Shown here: piece by piece, positions 60,264 to 64,000 of the stretch
How positions within the stretch are numbered: position 1 is the stretch's first letter
Layout of the letters: each line of letters begins with the position of its first letter
Assembly (NCBI GenBank): GCA_038893355.1
Contig: JAWARQ010000001.1
Span: 192,001 to 256,000, forward strand
Source: Sulfolobaceae archaeon
GTDB taxonomy: Archaea; Thermoproteota; Thermoprotei_A; Sulfolobales; Sulfolobaceae
DNA length: 64,000 nt
Reading direction: 5' to 3'
The notes under the pieces: generated by a model
Databases searched by the model: none
Told to the model about the DNA's origin: nothing
Seen by the model: the letters and a program-made list of their open reading frames with translations, nothing else
Program-made: the position numbers and the translations under genes

Positions 60264-61456
60264 TTAAATACGAATTACCAAAAAGAAGGCCAAATGATTT
60301 TAGTGATATCTTGGATTACGTTAAACAAATAGTAAATTATGTAAGGGAAAAAGGAGATAGGGGAGTAATAGAGATTACTGAAAAAGTTGATGGGATAAGA
60401 ATTGATAAGATTAGAGTGGACAGAGAAGAACTTGAGAATTATGCTGAAAGAATCCCAAGTGATGTGAAATGGGCATTAGATCTTATATCTGAACAATTAC
60501 GGGAATATAATCAACTTCTTAAGCCACCGAATATAGGTGGCGGTAGAAATGGCGTAAGGTATGGTATATTATGGAGACCAATTGAAAGGGTTGGAATTTA
60601 CATCCCTGGCGGTAGAAAGGCGTATCCTTCAACAGCATTGATGGCAAGCATTACTGCAGTAGTAGCCGGTGTAAAGGAGATATTTTTCTCGACGCCTCCA
60701 AGAAAGGATCAATCAATTGATGGTGCTATAGCTTATGTTGCATTAAAATTAGGCATTAAGGAAGTATATAGAATAGGTGGACCACAAGCTATAGCTTCAA
60801 TGGCATTTGGTACTGAAAGTGTTAAAAAAGTTGAAAAGATTGTGGGTCCTGGTAATAGATATGTTCAGGCCGCAAAACTTCTAGTCAGTACTGAGGTAGG
60901 AATTGATGGTATTGAAGGACCTACAGAGTTGGTTATAATAGCTGATAAATTTGCAAATCCGCGTGATGTGATTCTAGATCTCCGAGCGCAATCAGAACAT
61001 GGATTTGATTCTTTCCTTGTCCTAATTTCAGATAGTGAGGAATTAATTAGAAGTGTTAGCCAAGTTCTAATGAATGACGATAAAACTTACTATTTAATTA
61101 AAGTTAATAACATTACTGAGGCGATAAATCTTGCTAACGAGATTGCTCCAGAACATTTATCTTTGAATATAAGAAACGCTAAGGAGATGTTAGATCTCAT
61201 AAGAAACGCTGGAGTAGTTACTATTAATAATACCCCTCCTGCACTTGTAGATTACTCTGCGGGACCTAACCACATACTTCCAACCAATTCGTGGGCTAAA
61301 ATAAGAGGTGGTATTACTGTCTATGATTTTCTTAAGCCAATAAGTTATGCAGAGGCTAATGAAATTTCAAAGGATCTTATTAATGCAACATTAATACTAG
61401 CAGAATATGAGGGATTTAAAATTCATAAGGAAAGTGTCAGGATGAGATATGAGTGA
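60257..61456 (+). CDS. hisD: Histidinol dehydrogenase
   Basis: GIYIPGG, KIVGPGN, QSEH, APEHL and GPNHILPT motifs. Confidence 0.97.
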   Translation: MVVKYELPKRRPNDFSDILDYVKQIVNYVREKGDRGVIEITEKVDGIRIDKIRVDREELENYAERIPSDVKWALDLISEQLREYNQLLKPPNIGGGRNGVRYGILWRPIERVGIYIPGGRKAYPSTALMASITAVVAGVKEIFFSTPPRKDQSIDGAIAYVALKLGIKEVYRIGGPQAIASMAFGTESVKKVEKIVGPGNRYVQAAKLLVSTEVGIDGIEGPTELVIIADKFANPRDVILDLRAQSEHGFDSFLVLISDSEELIRSVSQVLMNDDKTYYLIKVNNITEAINLANEIAPEHLSLNIRNAKEMLDLIRNAGVVTINNTPPALVDYSAGPNHILPTNSWAKIRGGITVYDFLKPISYAEANEISKDLINATLILAEYEGFKIHKESVRMRYE

Positions 61457-61733
61457 GGTTTTAGATGAGTTGTTTAAAATAATATTAGAGAGAAAATCTA
61501 AGATGCCAGAAGGAAGTTATACTACTGAACTTATAAAGAAAGGAAGGGGTTATATTGCTAGAAAAGTAGGTGAAGAGGCTGTAGAATTTATAGTCGCATC
61601 ATTAAGTGAGAGTAAAGAGAGAATAATAAGTGAAGCTGCAGATTTATTATATCATATGTTAGTGTTATTAGCTATAAATAATATTGATATAGGTGAGGTA
61701 TATCAAGAACTGAGAGCTAGGATGAGAAAATGA
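61449..61733 (+). CDS. hisE: Phosphoribosyl-ATP pyrophosphatase
   Basis: GSYT, KVGEEAVE and EAADLLYH motifs. Confidence 0.97.
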   Translation: MSEVLDELFKIILERKSKMPEGSYTTELIKKGRGYIARKVGEEAVEFIVASLSESKERIISEAADLLYHMLVLLAINNIDIGEVYQELRARMRK

Positions 61734-62338
61734 TGGCATTCATTCTAAACTATGGCGTCGGTAATATATTTAGTGTAAAGAACGCCCTAGAAAGGGTAGG
61801 ATTTAATGTGAAAGTTACTAATGATGTAAAAGGAATTAAAGAGAGTCAGGTAGATTTAATCGTTTTTCCAGGTGTCGGGGCCTATAGAGCTGTGAGTAGT
61901 TATATTCTATCTAACATAAATACATTAAATAATCTTAAAGATTCTGGTGTAGGGTTTCTAGGTATTTGCTTAGGGATGCAAGTAATGTTTGAAGAAGGAA
62001 CTGAAGGCGGCAGATCTAAAGGTTTAGGTTGGTTTAAGGGAATTGTAGATAAATTACCTACAAATTTAAAATTACCGCATATAGGTTGGGATAGAATATA
62101 TGCAGTAAGATACTCAGAGCTAACTGAAGGTCTTGAAGGGAGATATGTTTATTATGTTCATAGTTTTATTGCATTCCCTAAGAACAAAGAGATAATTCTT
62201 ATGGAGAGTGAATATGGAATAAGATATCCAGCAATTGTAGCAGAGAATAAGATAGTAGGTACACAATTCCATCCTGAAAAAAGTAGTAATATCGGAAAAA
62301 TTTTCTTTAATAATTTAATTAGGTGGTTGAAACGTTAA
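61730..62338 (+). CDS. hisH: Imidazole glycerol phosphate synthase glutaminase subunit
   Basis: PGVG, GICLGMQ, PHIGW and QFHPEKS motifs. Confidence 0.97.
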   Translation: MMAFILNYGVGNIFSVKNALERVGFNVKVTNDVKGIKESQVDLIVFPGVGAYRAVSSYILSNINTLNNLKDSGVGFLGICLGMQVMFEEGTEGGRSKGLGWFKGIVDKLPTNLKLPHIGWDRIYAVRYSELTEGLEGRYVYYVHSFIAFPKNKEIILMESEYGIRYPAIVAENKIVGTQFHPEKSSNIGKIFFNNLIRWLKR

Positions 62339-62703
62339 AGGTTTCTATAGAACAGGCAGAAAAGATAGTGAATAAATTAAATTTTAGACATGAAGATAAC
62401 ACTATAATTGCGGTAATTCAAGATTACGTAACGAAAGAAGTATTAATGGTAGGTAATATGAATAGGGAGGCATTATTTAAGACTCTTTTAACTGGTTATC
62501 TTCACTTTTGGTCATTATCTCGGAAAAAAATATGGTTAAAAGGCGAAACGAGTGGCAATTTTCAAGTATTAGAGGATTTTAAAGTAGATTGTGATGGTGA
62601 TGCAATTTTATTACTTGTAAGACCCTTAGGTCCTATTTGTCATACGGGTAATAGGACATGCTTTTTTAGAGATTATAATGATTTACAGAAGGAAGAAATA
62701 TAA
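62323..62703 (+). CDS. hisI: Phosphoribosyl-AMP cyclohydrolase
   Basis: WLKGETSGN, DCDGD and CHTGNRTCF motifs. Confidence 0.97.
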   Translation: MVETLKVSIEQAEKIVNKLNFRHEDNTIIAVIQDYVTKEVLMVGNMNREALFKTLLTGYLHFWSLSRKKIWLKGETSGNFQVLEDFKVDCDGDAILLLVRPLGPICHTGNRTCFFRDYNDLQKEEI

Positions 62704-62727
62704 TCTAAGTAGTAGAGATAATTAATT

Positions 62728-63117
62728 ATGAGTATAAATAAGGAAGAATGGAAGCATAAGATTATGGAAGCATTAACGCAAGTATATGATCCAGAGATTC
62801 CTGTGGACATTGTAAATTTAGGTTTAATATATGATCTAAAGATAAGTGATGAGGGTGAAGTTTATATAAAAATGGGACTTACTGCTCCTGGATGTCCAGT
62901 TGTTGATGATTTAATATTCACAGTGGAACAAGTAATTAAAGAAACTGTACCAGCGAAGTCTGTTCAAGTGGATTTAGATTTTGAGACACAATGGACCCCA
63001 CTTAAGATGACTGCAGAAGGTCGTGAAAAATTTAAGAAATTATATGGTTACGATATTGTCGAAATGTGGATTCAAACATACGGTTTGCCTTTAGACGAAG
63101 TTCAGCAACAGAAGTAA
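62728..63117 (+). CDS. DUF59/SufT-like Fe-S cluster assembly protein
   Basis: VYDPEIPVDIVNLGLIY and LTAPGCP motifs. Confidence 0.93.
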   Translation: MSINKEEWKHKIMEALTQVYDPEIPVDIVNLGLIYDLKISDEGEVYIKMGLTAPGCPVVDDLIFTVEQVIKETVPAKSVQVDLDFETQWTPLKMTAEGREKFKKLYGYDIVEMWIQTYGLPLDEVQQQK

Positions 63118-63145
63118 TAAAAGCTAGTAAGTAAACTCTCCTTTG

Positions 63146-64000
63146 ATGTCATGGAGTATTTTAGAACTGTTAAGAAGTAATCCCGAGATTCTTAAAGAAA
63201 ATCTGAAAAAGAGATATATTGATACTTCGATTGTAGATAATGCTGTACAATTAGATAAGAAATGGAGAGAAGTTTTAAGGGAAGTAGAAAGACTTAGGCA
63301 TCAGCATAATTTAATAACTTCAGAGATTGCGAAATTAAAGGTAAAAGAAGAAAGAGAAAAGAAAATAGAAGAAGCAAAGAAGCTTCTACTTGTTCTTCAA
63401 GAAAAGGAGAAGGAGTTAAATAAAATTGAAGAAGAGCGAGAGAATCTCTTACTCTCACTTCCTAACCTTGTTCATGAAAGTGTACCTGTAGGCCCTGATG
63501 ATAGTTATAATGTTCCAATTAGATTTTGGGGCAAATTTAAAGTGTATAGAGATGATCTGAATGAGTTTTTAAGGCAAGTTAATAACAATACTAATATTAA
63601 TTATGAGATAATAAACTGGAAGCCTAAAGGACATGCTGAAATGTTAGAAGAGGTCTTAGGATTAGGAGACACACTAAAGGCTGCTGAAGTATCTGGTTCT
63701 AGATTTTATTATTTATTCGATGATATAGTCTGGCTAGACTTTGCACTTTTGTTGTATGCAATTGACTATATGACAAGTGTAGGCTATACATTAATTCTTC
63801 CACCATACATGCTGAGAGGTGAGATTATAAAATCGGTAATAGATCTAAATACATTCAAGGATGCTATTTACAAGATCGAGGATGAAGATTTATACTTAAT
63901 AGCTACTGCAGAACATTCTATTGCAGCTTATCTATGGAAGGAGGATATAGATAAGGAAAAATTGCCGTTGAAATTTGTAGGTTTTAGTCCAGCATTTAGA
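63146..64000 (+). CDS. serS: Seryl-tRNA synthetase, N-terminal part (runs off the window edge)
   Basis: [14 protein letters not shown], coiled-coil arm, [24 protein letters not shown] and [10 protein letters not shown]. Confidence 0.97.
   Translation, partial: MSWSILELLRSNPEILKENLKKRYIDTSIVDNAVQLDKKWREVLREVERLRHQHNLITSEIAKLKVKEEREKKIEEAKKLLLVLQEKEKELNKIEEERENLLLSLPNLVHESVPVGPDDSYNVPIRFWGKFKVYRDDLNEFLRQVNNNTNINYEIINWKPKGHAEMLEEVLGLGDTLKAAEVSGSRFYYLFDDIVWLDFALLLYAIDYMTSVGYTLILPPYMLRGEIIKSVIDLNTFKDAIYKIEDEDLYLIATAEHSIAAYLWKEDIDKEKLPLKFVGFSPAFR

Overview
AT-rich Sulfolobales (crenarchaeal) chromosome segment, mostly core genome. It carries the distal spc ribosomal operon (uL5 to cmk), the cedA1-cedA-cedA2 DNA-import genes, archease and archaemetzincin, and five tRNA genes (Phe, Asp, Arg, Asn, initiator Met). 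It also holds PolB1, aKMT, PriL, MetRS, the A-type ATP synthase, ProRS, pdxST, PINA/Hjc, ilvBHC, DGGGP synthase, PBP2, AdoMetDC, TtuA, PduO, LeuRS, the his operon and a partial serS. The accessory part lies at about 10-23 kb. It includes a decayed 4.8-kb element integrated in tRNA-Asp (43-bp att repeat, truncated tyrosine integrase, frameshifted vapBC) whose only intact large gene is a NERD-like nuclease/DUF2075 helicase. It also includes two K-turn H/ACA-type sRNAs, an SsoPox-type lactonase, and an uncharacterised RHH-RHH-DUF1464-nucleotidyltransferase-CitG-phosphoesterase operon. Signals missing from the ORF track include a predicted leaderless 5-codon uORF overlapping the AdoMetDC start, a 30-aa basic ORF divergent from archease, and several likely ATA/ATC starts. 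All calls come from reading the sequence and recalling motifs; no searches were run.
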